A stretch of 63,236 bases of DNA, counting the filler, from Octopus bimaculoides (taxonomy: Eukaryota): the NCBI RefSeq assembly GCF_001194135.2. It is 6 parts of 5 records of this genome, joined end to end, with 100 filler letters (N's around TTAATTAATTAA, not from the genome) between each part and the next. Parts side by side here need not be neighbours in the genome. Positions count along the whole stretch, not along the records: positions 21,413 to 28,261 come from NC_068999.1; positions 28,362 to 35,089 come from NC_068984.1; 4 more parts are not named here. The stretch is one strand, 5' to 3'. Under the pieces are notes generated by a model. It saw nothing but the letters and a program-made list of their open reading frames with translations. It ran no database searches and was not told the origin of the DNA. Shown here piece by piece: positions 22,854-34,789 of the stretch. Made by a program: the position numbers and the translations under genes. Every line of letters begins with the position of its first letter. Position 1 is the first letter of the stretch.

Positions 22854-23137
22854 CTTAATGAAAAACAAGAAAATATATATTTAAAATCAATAAAAGCGAT
22901 TATTATCAGTCGTCACTTTTTAATCCTGTGATGAACTCTAAAATTATTTAATTTTTCATTTCTCAAAAAAATTGAAATTTTTTTTTTATTATTTGGTGTT
23001 GTGTTTCCATTATTGAGTCTAAGATGTTTATATTTTCTCTCTAGACATTTTCCTTTTATTAATTAATTTTATTTGCTTTCTGCCATAAAATATTGTAATT
23101 TCCAATGATTTTCATATTATTATTAATATATCATGGT

Positions 23138-23568
23138 GGAGGCGCAATGGCCCAGTGGTTAGGGCAGCGGACTCGCGGTCGTAGGATCGCGGTTTCGATT
23201 CCCAGACCGGGCGTTGTGAGTGTTTATTGAGCGAAAACACCGAAAGCTCCATGAGGCTCCGGCAGGGGATGGTGGCGAACCCTGCTGTACTCTTTCACCA
23301 CAACTTTCTCTCACTCTTACTTCCTGTTTCTGCTGTGCCTGTAATTCAAAGGGTCAGCCTTGTCACACTGTGTCATGCTGAATGTCCCCGANNNNNNNNN
23401 NCCTTGTCACACTGTGTCATGCTGAATGTCCCCGAGAACTACGTTAAGGGTACACGTGTCTGTGGAGTGCTCAGCCACTTGCACGTTAATTTCATGAGCA
23501 GGCTGTTCCGTTGATCGGATCAACTGGAACCCTCGACATCGTAAGCGACGGAGTGCCAACAACAGTAA
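23138..23568 (+). mobile_element. SINE family B, full length
   Basis: A box TGGCCCAGTGG, B box GGTTTCGATTCC, CAA tail; 14-bp TSD TAATATATCATGGT (23124-23137, 23569-23582). Sequence is duplicated across the 10-N gap at 23392. Confidence 0.92.
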
Positions 23569-23654
23569 TAATATATCATGGTTTTGAATGAGAACAAAAA
23601 TTGTTCACATGCTGAGCAAAATGCTCTGCAGCATTTCATCTGGCTTTTTATGTT

Positions 23655-23770
23655 CTGAGTTCAAATGCCACCAGAGTCAACTTTGCCTGTCATCCTTTCT
23701 GGGTTGATAAGTACCAGTTGCGTACTGGGATTAGCAAATTCCAAACCTTGTGTCTATAGTAGAAAGGATT
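23655..23770 (+). mobile_element. SINE family C, decayed fragment
   Basis: CTGAGTTCAAAT..GTCAACTTTGCCTGTCATCCTTTCTGGG..AGTACCAGTTGCGTACTGG. Confidence 0.7.
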
Positions 23771-24198
23771 ATTATTATTTATGATTTCCTTTCATTATAA
23801 TTTTAATAGTACCTGACATCCTTCGGAGGCCAATAGTAGCAAGGGCGCTTTTGTTTTGCTATGGATGCTAAAATTATCACCACATTTATTCCATTTTAGA
23901 TGGAGAGTGCTTTCTGTAGTATATGGGCTGTACCGATCCAGGTTATCTTTTGTGGTTCACAGAGATTGGAGTTACCAGGGAGTTGCTTAATCTACTTCTC
24001 GGCTCCCTTTTTTATCATTTCCAATGTACCAATTACTACTGGTATTATCGTAGTTCCATATTTCTGTGATTTCAATTTGCAGATCTTTATAGTGAGAAAG
24101 CTTTCCGTATTCCTTTCTTGAGACATTTTGATCTTGTGGGACAGATATATCTATTACCAGACAAGTTCCTCTCTTGCATTCCTTGATCATAATGTCTG
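23770..24198 (-). mobile_element. 3' end of an RLE-type non-LTR retrotransposon (R4/Dong-like)
   Basis: RPDIMIKECKRGTCLVIDISVPQDQNVSRKEYGKLSHYKDLQIEI, then (frameshifted) IPVVIGTLGMIKKG..GTAHILQKALSI*; flanked by (ATT)n on both sides. Confidence 0.8.
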
Positions 24199-24251
24199 GT
24201 TATTATTATTATTATTATTATTATTATCATTATTATTATTATTATTTGTTC

Positions 24252-24897
24252 TTTGTTCAAATTCCACTGAAGTTGACTTTGCCTTTCATCCTTTCGGGGC
24301 TGGTTAAATAAGTACCAGTTACGCACTTGGGCCGATGTAATCGACTTAATCCCTTCCCCCTAATTTGAGGCCTTGTGCTTCCAGTAGAAAGGATTATTAT
24401 TATTATTTGTTCTTAGTTCAAATTCTGCTGAGGTCGACTTTGCTTTTCATCCTTTTGGGGTCGATAAATTAAGTACCAGTAAAACACTGGAGTCAATATA
24501 ATCAACTAGTCTCCACCCTACAAATTTGGAGGCCGTGTGCTTCCAGTATAAAGGATTATTGTTATTATTATTATTATTACCTCTGCCATGAGGACAAGAG
24601 GCAAAGTCGACCCCGGCGGAATTTGAACTCAGATACACATAGCAACAGGAGAAATACCACTAAGCATTTTACCTGGCGTACTAACGATTCTGCCAGTTCA
24701 CCACCGTAATAATAATAAGGATGATAATCCTTTCTGCTATAGACATAAAGCCTGAAATTTTGAGGGGAGGGGGTTAATCAATTACATCGACACCCCCCCC
24801 CCCCCGTACTTCACAAGGGCGATAAGGCAAAGTTGACCTTGACAGCATTTGAACTCTGTATTTCATTTGATGTGCTAACGATTCTGTCAGCTCGCTG
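24252..24897. mobile_element. Cluster of four SINE family C fragments (two +, two -)
   Basis: GTCGACTTTGC(C/T)TTTCATCCTTT..GGGTCGATAAATTAAGTACCAGT occurs at ~24275 and ~24435; inverted head fragments at ~24590-24708 and ~24724-24897. Confidence 0.8.
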
Positions 24898-26301
24898 ATT
24901 TAATGATGATGATGATAATAATAATTGTTATTACGGACAATTGTGAGTGTTGGAAATCGTTATATTATTGTAGTCAATTATTTTAATATTTCTTTCACGA
25001 AGAGAACGTTTTGGCAAAAATTTGACTGAAAGAAAAAGACACACAAATAAAAATAAATAAATATGTAAAAATAATACAAGTTTTAGATTCAATGTATATA
25101 TAATGAAATGGATGTGTGGGTGTATATATACACATATTTACATGTATGTATATCTATATATATATATATATGTATGTATGTATAAATAGAGAGAGAGAAA
25201 GTGAGAGGTGTATAAATATATATGTGTATGTATGTGTATATAAATAAGTATATGTGTGTATATCTTTATATAGATGTGTTTGTGTGTGTATAAATATATA
25301 TATGCATAAATCAGGAGAATCATATCAAAATAGCATTATTTTAAAAAATCTATTTTGGCACCAAAAGCACATTCCACTTTTATTGTAAAATCATTATGGA
25401 TGACAGTCGTCTTCTAAATTTGGTTGGTTCTGTCACTTATAATTTTGTTTTTTTACTAAGTGTCTCTGAAACTAATAAAACTGAACTTTAAGAGTTTATC
25501 GCAGCATCTCCAGATATTCGCAGAGAAAAGTAACATTTGAGAAGCGCCAGATTCTGCATCGGAGCTGGGTAGTTGGCGTCTGTTGCAATTTTCATTTGGT
25601 TACCAACGTTGGAATCGGTAAAAATATATATCAATTCTGACTATTTTATTGTAATATAATACAATAACTCTTTTGAAACTGATTTGTCTGAGACTGCCCT
25701 TGTTTTAATGATACAAACTTCCCCTTTTAATATTAGCTTAATTAAAATCTTCCATCAAAATTCCATGTTGAATTATGTTCCAAACACTGACCTGAGAATG
25801 TCATTCATTTCATTAAATACCTCAGTGGTTTCAAAATTAATTGAAAAAAAAAGGCAGTTAGTGTATTTCAGCAGGAATTATGGTTATGAAAAGGTTAAAA
25901 CTTCCAATTTTGCAGGTTATTTTTCGCATTGGAAATAAATCAGTTTTAAGGATTTTCTATAAAAGAGGATCTCATAGAATTAATTCTGTTTCTAAGAACA
26001 AAATGGTAATAAATTTTGGATTTGGATTTTTGGTTTAACCCTTGTTCTATAAATATAAAAATTTTCTTTTTTTCCTTTTTTATTTCTTATCTGGGGTACT
26101 TACTACTGTCTTGAAGGGTTTAGTTAAGCGAAGCGACTAATTTTGTTTATAAGTCTGGCACTTAATCAGTCTCTCTTGCTGAACTTCTAAGTTACTGGGA
26201 TGTAAACAAACCAACACCAGCTCTCACATGGTGGGGAGAGGACAAACACAAAAACACACACATACATACATACATACACAACAGGCTTCTACCTAGTTTC
26301 C

Positions 26302-26534
26302 TATTTCTTTATTGCCCACAAGGGGCTAAACATAGAGGGAACAAACAAGGACAGACAAAGGGGTTAAGTCGATTACATCGACCCCAGTGCGTAACTGGTA
26401 CTTAATTTACCAACCCCAAAAGGATGAAAGGCAAAGTCGACCTCGGCGGAATTTGAACTCAGGACGTAACGGCAGACGAAATACCGCTAAGCATTTCGCC
26501 CGGTGTGCTAACGATTCTGCCAGCTCACCGCCTT
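26302..26534 (-). mobile_element. SINE family C, full length, inserted in a family A copy (~26150-26590)
   Basis: tRNA-like head AAGGCGGTGAGCTGGCAGAATCGTTAGC..GAGTTCAAATTCC; flanking duplication TTCTACCTAG; family A sequence resumes on both sides. Confidence 0.88.
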
Positions 26535-27838
26535 CTACCTAGGCTTCCACCTAGTTTCTGTCTGCCAAATTCACTCATCAGGTTATAGTAGTGTTTGTAG
26601 TGCCATAAATTGGTGATTTGGAGTTGGAATGTTTTGTGGACTGGTTTTCACAGCCTTGCTCTGCATAACACTGCCTGTGTGTATATCTTTATATAGATGT
26701 GTGTGTGTTTGTGTGTGTATAAATATATATATGCATAAATCAGGAGAATCATATCAAAATAGCATTATTTTAAAAAATCTATTTTGGCACCAATATGTAT
26801 ATATGTGTGTGTGTGTGTGTGTGTTGAGCAATAAGCATTAATGAGGTTGTTGAACTCAAAATTCGTATCAGCTCCAGCATTTCATGTCTAACATGAAGGA
26901 TCTACTTTTTGTTCTGCTTTTTCCCCCCTTAAAGTAGGGGGTATACTCCATCCCCCCAAAAAATCAGGAAAGAGTAGTCATAAAACTTTGTCTCAAAAGT
27001 TCTCTCCAACTCATGCCAGCATGGAAAAGTAGACATAAAAATGCTAACATTGCTGGTGCATGGCAGTAAATGGTTACCGTGACATCAGCTGTAATGTAAT
27101 GTTTCGGCTTCATCGTATGACCTTGGACCAAGCCCATTCGCAGACGTGTGCAACTCTGAAATTTTGAAGGTTTGAAAGAAGACAAAACAAACAAAAAAAA
27201 CACTGATGTTGACTTGAATGCTTGACTAAACAGAGTATTGTGAACTATGCTTTGGGGTAAAAGAAAAAAAAAAGCACACAAAACAAGCAAAAAAGAAAAT
27301 TATTACACAATTTAGGTGGGAGGGAGTGTTTGGCCTTGGGATACCTGCGCCAACTCAGATCAGAATGACTCCGGTTTTGGCAATGTACTCACATAAATAA
27401 CACATCTACTGATTTCAATGCCAACAAAGATTCTCTATATTGGCGTTTCCCAGCTAGGGGTTCCTTGAGAAGTCACTAAATGTTCCTCAAGAAACCATGA
27501 GAAATAGTTTTATTATTATTATCATTATTATTATTATTATTGTTTTAACTTCCACTATTACATGCTTATATGATTCAGTCAGAATTTGTCGAGTGCTTTT
27601 TAGTCATTTTTGTGTTTAATTCTATATTCCGAATTTTATTTTCCAGAAAGGTATATTCCTTAGCCCTTTCGTTACTGTATTTATTTTTGAGATGCTCTGT
27701 GTTTCTTTCAGTTAATTATAAATATAACGAAGAATTTAGTAAAATAACTTAATTATCATTAAGCTAGTGTTAGGAACATAAATTGTGACTAAGGTTTGGT
27801 GGAAGATATTTATTCTTTCAGACTCTATTGCCAAACCA

Positions 27839-27953
27839 CTTTGGTCAGTCCGAGCCTATAGAAGAAGACACTTGCCTAAGGTAGCACACAGTAGGACTGA
27901 ACCCAGAACCATGTGGTTGGGAAGCAAGCTTCTTACCTCACAGGCATTCCTGT
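27839..27953 (-). mobile_element. SINE family A, 5' half
   Basis: GAAGACACTTGCCTAAGG..GGACTGAACCC..CCATGTGGTTGGGAAGCAAGCTTCTTACC. Confidence 0.8.
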
Positions 27954-28075
27954 GGACATGAAGCAGAGAAAAAAAATTATAGGCTACAATGGGGTAGTCA
28001 TGGCTTGAATGCCTTCAATCATTGATCATGCTCAGTTGGGATTAACCGAGTGCTAAACAACAACAGTACTGACTA

Positions 28076-28116
<41 letters not shown>

Positions 28117-28399
28117 CATATATATATATGTGTATGTATGTATGTATGTATGTAAATTTAATGAATGGAGTAAAACGCATATGTTAACTGCATACTTTTA
28201 TTTCCAACATATATTCGGTTAAAATGTCTTGCGTTTAAGCTGGTTCCCATGCATTTCCCTGNNNNNNNNNNNNNNNNNNNNNNNNNNNNNNNNNNNNNNN
28301 NNNNNTTAATTAATTAANNNNNNNNNNNNNNNNNNNNNNNNNNNNNNNNNNNNNNNNNNNNATATATATTTATATATAAATAGATATGTGTATATACGC

Positions 28400-28439
<40 letters not shown>

Positions 28440-28814
28440 GCGTATATACACATATCTATTTATATATACACACATATATGCATGTATATTTACTTACAAA
28501 TACATGCATATAAATGCATATGGTGATTATTCCTTCTTCAAAAATGATTGCCGTCTCCTTGTGCTTCCTCGTTGTCAATAGCATTTCTGACTTTCTGTCC
28601 TTGACCACTCAGATGACTATTCTGTCCCGTTGAAGATCGGCGCGATTTGGAGCGTAGATGACAGTCGAAAGTAGTAAATCACTTTGCATTTCTAACTGGT
28701 TAAGTCTGCACACGTCACCAGTCTTCTATCGCTGTAGGACTTTCAGTTCTACAGCGATTGGATGGACAAATGAGGTCACCATAAAGAGACAACTGCATGT
28801 CATTGGATTAGCGG

Positions 28815-28986
28815 GATAAACGTTTGTACACCATGAGTACCATTCTCTGGGTCTCTGTAACTAGTACCTAGTGACGCGCCAAAGCCAGACGACTACTAAT
28901 CGCGTGAGACAGTAGGCTTCGGCTTGTCACTGGGTACTAACTACAGAGACTCAGAGAATGGTTCTCGTGTTGTACAAGCATTTATC
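28815..28986. repeat. 72-bp inverted repeat with 28-bp spacer (probable MITE)
   Basis: Arms 28815-28886 and 28915-28986 align without gaps, 60 of 72 identical. Confidence 0.9.
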
Positions 28987-29004
28987 ACTATAAACCCATA
29001 ACGT

Positions 29005-29170
29005 ACTGATGACAACAACTAGCGACTCGACCAGGAGAGACTTGCTGATCTCTTTGCTATGCACTTTGTTGAGTAACGTTACTCCAGAGACCCTTCGGAG
29101 AGATCCTATTTCGGCCATTTGTATTTGCGATCGTACTCTTTCGGTCATTATCCAATGTCTATAAGCCACC
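29005..29170 (-). mobile_element. LINE ORF2 C-terminal fragment (RTE/Rex-like)
   Basis: WIMTERVRSQIQMAEIGSLRRVSGVTLLNKVHSKEISKSLLVE resembles the post-RT W..T....RIQAAEM.FLRR..G.TL motif. Confidence 0.7.
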
Positions 29171-29825
29171 TTGAATTCGTACTTTACTTATCGATCCTAA
29201 AACAATGGAAGATCAAAGTTGACTTCAGTGACGTTTGAACACAAAGCGTATAGTATCGTTACAAAAACTGTAGCTTCCGATGCTCTGATGACCCTTCCAA
29301 TAATGTATCTACCCTTAAATACCCTTAAATAGACGAAGGTCAATGGTGATCCAGTCAGAAATGGATATAAATTCCAGCTTCCGACCATTTCTTATCAACT
29401 TCACCTGAATTGGATAACGTAATGTTGGATACATTTTCGGAAAATATGATGAGATAGCCATGGCTGGGACGCTTTCATTACAGATAGGTTTAATCAGAAC
29501 TGACAGGGACTAAGCAGCGACATGTACGTATTATTAGGAACAGGAGAAGAAGGCCTCTATACAGTTACTTGTTTTATTAGTAATAGCAGTCAAATTTCTG
29601 TAACGTTTGCTTAAGACAAAGTCTTCTGATAAGCCAACGAAAGTTACTTAGCCTTCTAGAAAGAACAACCGAACCTCCCTCACATTACATTCTAAATTAG
29701 AAAGTACTCGATGGTAAAAAAAAGAAAAATGTAACTGGATTGTGTCCGTTGCAACGTTTTGGTCAAAGGTTTGCTTGACCAGAGAAGATTTGTAGCTAAA
29801 GAAACAATTTTGTTTTTACAGGAAC

Positions 29826-30011
29826 ATGTATGGCTGTCTGGTTAAGAAGCTCGCTTTGCAACTCTGTGGTTTCGTGTTCAGGCTTCTTGCGCAGCACCTT
29901 GGATAAGTGTCTTGAACTAGCTCCCGGCCGACCAATGCCTTGTAAGTGACTTTGATAGGTGGAAAATGAGTGAAAGCCCGTCTCATATACGTGTGTGTGT
30001 GTGTGTGTGTG
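29826..30011 (+). mobile_element. SINE family A, 5' half (diverged)
   Basis: GGCTGTCTGGTTAAGAAGCT..GCACCTTGGATAAGTGTCTT..GCCGACCAATGCCTTGT, then (TG)n into an N gap. Confidence 0.8.
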
Positions 30012-30292
30012 NNNNNNNNNNNNNNNNNNNNNNNNNNNNNNNNNNNNNNNNNNNNNNNNNNNNNNNNNNNNNNNNNNNNNNNNNNNNNNNNNNNNNNNNN
30101 NNNNNNNNNNNNNNNNNNNNNNNNNNNNNNNNNNNNNNNNNNNNNNNNNNNNNNNNNNNNNNNNNNNNNNNNNNNNNNNNNNNNNNNNNNNNNNNNNNNN
30201 NNNNNNNNNNNNNNNNNNNNNNNNNNNNNNNNNNNNNNNNNNNNNNNNNNNNNNNNNNNNNNNNNNNNNNNNNNNNNNGTACCAGGTGTTGA

Positions 30293-30770
30293 TGTGGCTG
30301 CGTGTATATTATTATAAGAGTTCATATAAAGATGAAGAATAAATTCAAGAACTATATATTTACTATATAAAAATATACTTTATTTACTAGTCGATGATGA
30401 TACTTAATCAAAATGTAGAATCTAGTTGAATGAAGTAATCTATGCAAGAAAGTTCAGAGATAGGAAATATAGAAATAACAGCAAGGGGTGGCTTTCAGTC
30501 ATGTGGCGTAGAGAAATAGTCGGACATAGCAATGACGTGAATGGCTCTAAGTCTAATTGACTAAGAAGCGAAGAGCAGAGTTAACAAGCTGTTTTTATTA
30601 ATGGAACGCTAGACATTCTAGAAACTTCCAAGAGAAATGCTAAGCTTCTTGAATAATTAAGAATCACGTCTCATAACACAGATGCTTCGAGAAATTAGTA
30701 AAGGGAGGTTACTCTATAATCCTTTTTGCAAGGGAGATCATTTGACTCTTCAGCTACATAGACCACTACA
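30293..30770 (-). mobile_element. Candidate 3' LTR of the adjacent Gypsy element (478 bp)
   Basis: Minus strand starts TGTAGTGG immediately after purine-rich AGGGGTG (30771-30777), contains AATAAA and ends GCCACA; no second LTR is available to confirm it. Confidence 0.55.
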
Positions 30771-30861
30771 CACCCCTAGGCAGAGGTAGCGTTATACAAT
30801 AACGAAAATAACAAAAATGTATACATCATAAAATGTCAAACTATAGAAATAATATCACAGT

Positions 30862-33151
30862 TCAAATGTAATAAATGTTTGTTAAATTCTTGGGCCAATG
30901 CACGCGTCTACCGCTTTTAGTAGTCAGAGTTTGTGAAGTGTGTAAAGGGCCCATTTGTAATGCTGTATGTGTGTTGTCTGTAGTGGGGTTGAAAATAGTG
31001 TTTTCAATGTGAGCCCCTTTTAGTCTATCAACAGAAATAGTGTCTTTACGACCGTTAAGGTCTAAGGTGAAAACTTCATCTGTACAAGAAAGCACACGAA
31101 AGGCTCCTGAATACGGTGCTGCTAACGGATGTTTAACGGCATCGTTGCGAACAAAAGCATGAGTCCAGGAAGAATAGTCCTTAGGCAAATATGTTTTAAT
31201 GTCTTGTTTTCTGATGTTCATATGTGGTAACTTTGACATATAATCACGCAAACATTCAACGAAATTTGTAGTGTCGATCTCTTGCGTGTTTGCAAGAACA
31301 ATCATCTGACCAGGCAGCGTCAAGGAAAAACGATAAAGTAATTCTGCAGGAGAATATCCAATATCTTCTTTGATAGAAGAGCGGAGTCCCGAGAGGACAA
31401 TAGGAAGAAATTCAATCCATCGAGATGAATCAGCAGAAGCAGACAACGCAGCTTTAAGCTGTCGATGAAATATTTTGATCATACCGTTCGAAGGTGGTGG
31501 GTAACTGGTGGAATGGATGCGTATACTTCCTAAAATCTTGGTTAGTTCTTATAAAAGCTTAGCTTCAAATTGATGTCCACGATCTGTTGTTATTTTTACA
31601 GGTGTTCCGAAACGAGAGATCCATCCTGTGACTAAAGCTTGTGCCACAGTTAGAGAAGAGATGTCTATGAGGGGAATGACTTCTGGCCGGCGGGAAAAAC
31701 GATCAATACAGGTTAATAAAAACGTGTAGCCCTAACTCGCAGGCTAAGGTCCTACTATATCAATATGTATGTGCTGGAATCGTGCATCTGGAGTGGAGAA
31801 AGTACCGAACGGTACACGAATACAGTTATGTACATTGGATCTTTGACAATAGACACAGGTACGAGTCCAATTAGCTATGTCTCGACGCACGTTCGGTCAA
31901 ACGAAACGAGCTGAAATAAGCTTCAATGTTGCTGTTATACCAGGATGTGAAATATTGTGTAGTGCTGAGAAAACGATACCGCGATGCTTTTCAGGAACTA
32001 AAGTTTACCAGAAGAAAAATCACAAAGGATCTGTTTGTTTGATGTCGCAACTGGGAAATATTGGAGGTCGAAAGGAATTAGTTCTGGTTGTATACTATTC
32101 AAATCAACGGATGGTTGATCTTCCGACATTTCGTCCAAGTTAATTTCTGCAGTTGAAAATAACGCGTTTACAGATAAACGGGATAAAGAATCTGCTACAA
32201 TGTTCTCAGAACTTGGAATATATCGTATATCACTTGTGAATTGTGAAACGTAATCCATATGTCGAATATTTCTCGGAGAAAATTTATCTCGCTTGCAGTG
32301 TAAAGCGAAAGATAACGACTTATGGTCGGTAAATATTGTGAAGTTTCTCTCTTTCAAAATGTGTTGGAAGTATTTAACTGAGAGGTAAATAGCTGACAGT
32401 TCACGACTGAACGCACTATATTTAGTTTCAGCTGGTTTTAACTGCTTAGAGAAAAACGCCAGAGGTTGCCATTCGCCATGGTGAAGTTGTTGAATGACTG
32501 CGCCGACGCTGTCGGACGCGTCAACTACAAGAGAAATTTCGGCATCAGGAAAGGGGTGAGCCAACATGGAGACACGAGAGAGTTTCTGTTTAACATCGTC
32601 GAAAGCTTGTATTTCAGCGGGAGTTAAAGTGATCTTTTCTGTTCTTCTCTTGCGGTGTCACAGTAATTTGTTGAGAAGGTATAGTTTCAGCACAATGAGG
32701 TATAAAACGTCGATAGAAATTAGCTAATCCAAGAAATTGTCTTAATGAAACAAGAACTGGAATTTTCACGATAGCCTCAACCTTTTCTGGCAAAGGCCTA
32801 ATACCATCCTTATCAATAGTGTGTCCAAGGAAAGTGAGAGAAGGCACACGAAAAATGCATTTGGTAGCGCTGATACAAATTTTGTATCGAGAAAGCCTTT
32901 CGAAAAGTTGCTCCAAATGAATCTCATGTTCTTTCTCGAAAGAACTAGCAATGAGAAGATCGTCAATATAGGCGTGGACAAAATCTAATCCACGTATTAC
33001 TTCATCAATGAAACGTTGAAAAGTACTGGCAGCGTTCCTTAACCCAAAGGGCATGGTAAGTAATTCAAATGACCCGAATGGAGTTGCGATAGCTGTTTTC
33101 GGAATATCATTTGGGTTTCCAGGAATCTGATGGTATGCTCGTATTGAAAAT
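30862..33151 (-). pseudogene. pol: Ty3/Gypsy pol (RT, RNase H, integrase), 5'-truncated, with stops and frameshifts
   Basis: RT AYHQIP..TPFG..MPFGLRNAASTFQR..AYIDDLLIAS; RNase H VDASD..PLAFFSK..RELSAIY..FTDHKSL; integrase HHCC (LHNISHPG..CVYC), HIDIVGP, TTDRGHQF and C-terminal PYSGAFRV. Domain order is that of Gypsy. Confidence 0.95.
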
Positions 33152-34527
33152 GTTATCTATTTCTTATTCCCTTCATCACGATAAGCTACCTATAAATAAC
33201 ACTTTATGTTTATGTTTGCGTAAGTGAAAATGTTTTACATTAGTAAACGACCATCAGTTTGTAGACGAGGACTGAGGTATACAGTCGATTAAGTAGACTC
33301 ATTTTTTATTAAGTATGATGCCTTAGTGCCACCATACTTAATAAAGTAGATGAAAAATCTACATGACTTACAATAATTATATGGTGGGCAGAAGGCAGCA
33401 TTAGTTCAATGACGTTGCAATCTGGCTTGTCAAGGATGGGTGACAACTCTGGATATATTTCCTTATTCGGTTTCCTCAGCAAAGTATAGCCTTCACTATT
33501 CTTGAGACACTGTGAGAAGAGCCTCATTATATTGATGTTTAATACAGATTTTTGTTTTATTCTTATTCAAAACATGACAATATAAAACACATCCATTTCA
33601 TTCGATAAACTAGTTAGGAAGAACATCAAGTTGGAGAAACCATGGACAAATTGAAATGTACCAGTGCGACGTAGTCAGTAACTCCAAATAAGAATTTGGC
33701 CGAAACAATTATGAGCCGGCCAACCAATTCCAGCAAATAAAGCTTATGCTAAATGATGATGATGATGAAGATGGAGGTGTAGGAGTTGTTGTTATTGGTG
33801 GTGGTGGTGGTGGTGNNNNNNNNNNNNNNNNNNNNNNNNNNNNNNNNNNNNNNNNNNNNNNNNNNNNNNNNNNNNNNNNNNNNNNNNNNNNNNNNNNNNN
33901 NNNNNNNNNNNNNNNNNNNNNNNNNNNNNNNNNNNNNNNNNNNNNNNNNNNNNNNNNNNNNNNNNNNNNNNNNNNNNNNNNNNNNNNNNNNNNNNNNNNN
34001 NNNNNNNNNNNNNNNNNNNNNNNNNNNNNNNNNNNNNNNNNNNNNNNNNNNNNNNNNNNNNNNNNNNNNNNNNNNNNNNNNNNNNNNNNNNNNNNNNNNN
34101 NNNNNNNNNNNNNNNNNNNNNNNNNNNNNNNNNNNNNNNNNNNNNNNNNNNNNNNNNNNNNNNNNNNNNNNNNNNNNNNNNNNNNNNNNNNNNNNNNNNN
34201 NNNNNNNNNNNNNNNNNNNNNNNNNNNNNNNNNNNNNNNNNNNNNNNNNNNNNNNNNNNNNNNNNNNNNNNNNNNNNNNNNNNNNNNNNNNNNNNNNNNN
34301 NNNNNNNNNNNNNNNNNNNNNNNNNNNNNNNNNNNNNNNNNNNNNNNNNNNNNNNNNNNNNNNNNNNNNNNNNNNNNNNNNNNNNNNNNNNNNNNNNNNN
34401 NNNNNNNNNNNNNNNNNNNNNNNNNNNNNNNNTTGTGAAACCGATTAATCCTTTGAAAATATACCATCTTAAAGCCTTTAAAAATAAATCATCTAAAAAA
34501 CTCCCAGAGCATTTTCAACTTCTTTTT

Positions 34528-34570
<43 letters not shown>

Positions 34571-34789
34571 ATACACACATGTATGTATATATATGCATGT
34601 GTGTGTACGCATGTATGTATGTATGTATCTATGTATGTATTTATGTATGTATGTATCTATCTATCTATGTATCTATGTATCTATGTATCTATGTATGTAT
34701 GCGTATGTATATCATGTTGAACCGCTAATCCCTACACATTTTTCTCTCTCTGCTTTTTTTTCCGTTTCTCTCCATCTTTTTTTCCTTTC

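Noticed and set aside
23138-23215. tRNA gene calls at SINE heads (also 42770, 50961, 26460-26534)
   Set aside because: A and B boxes are present, but there is no complete cloverleaf and they continue into SINE bodies with TSDs.
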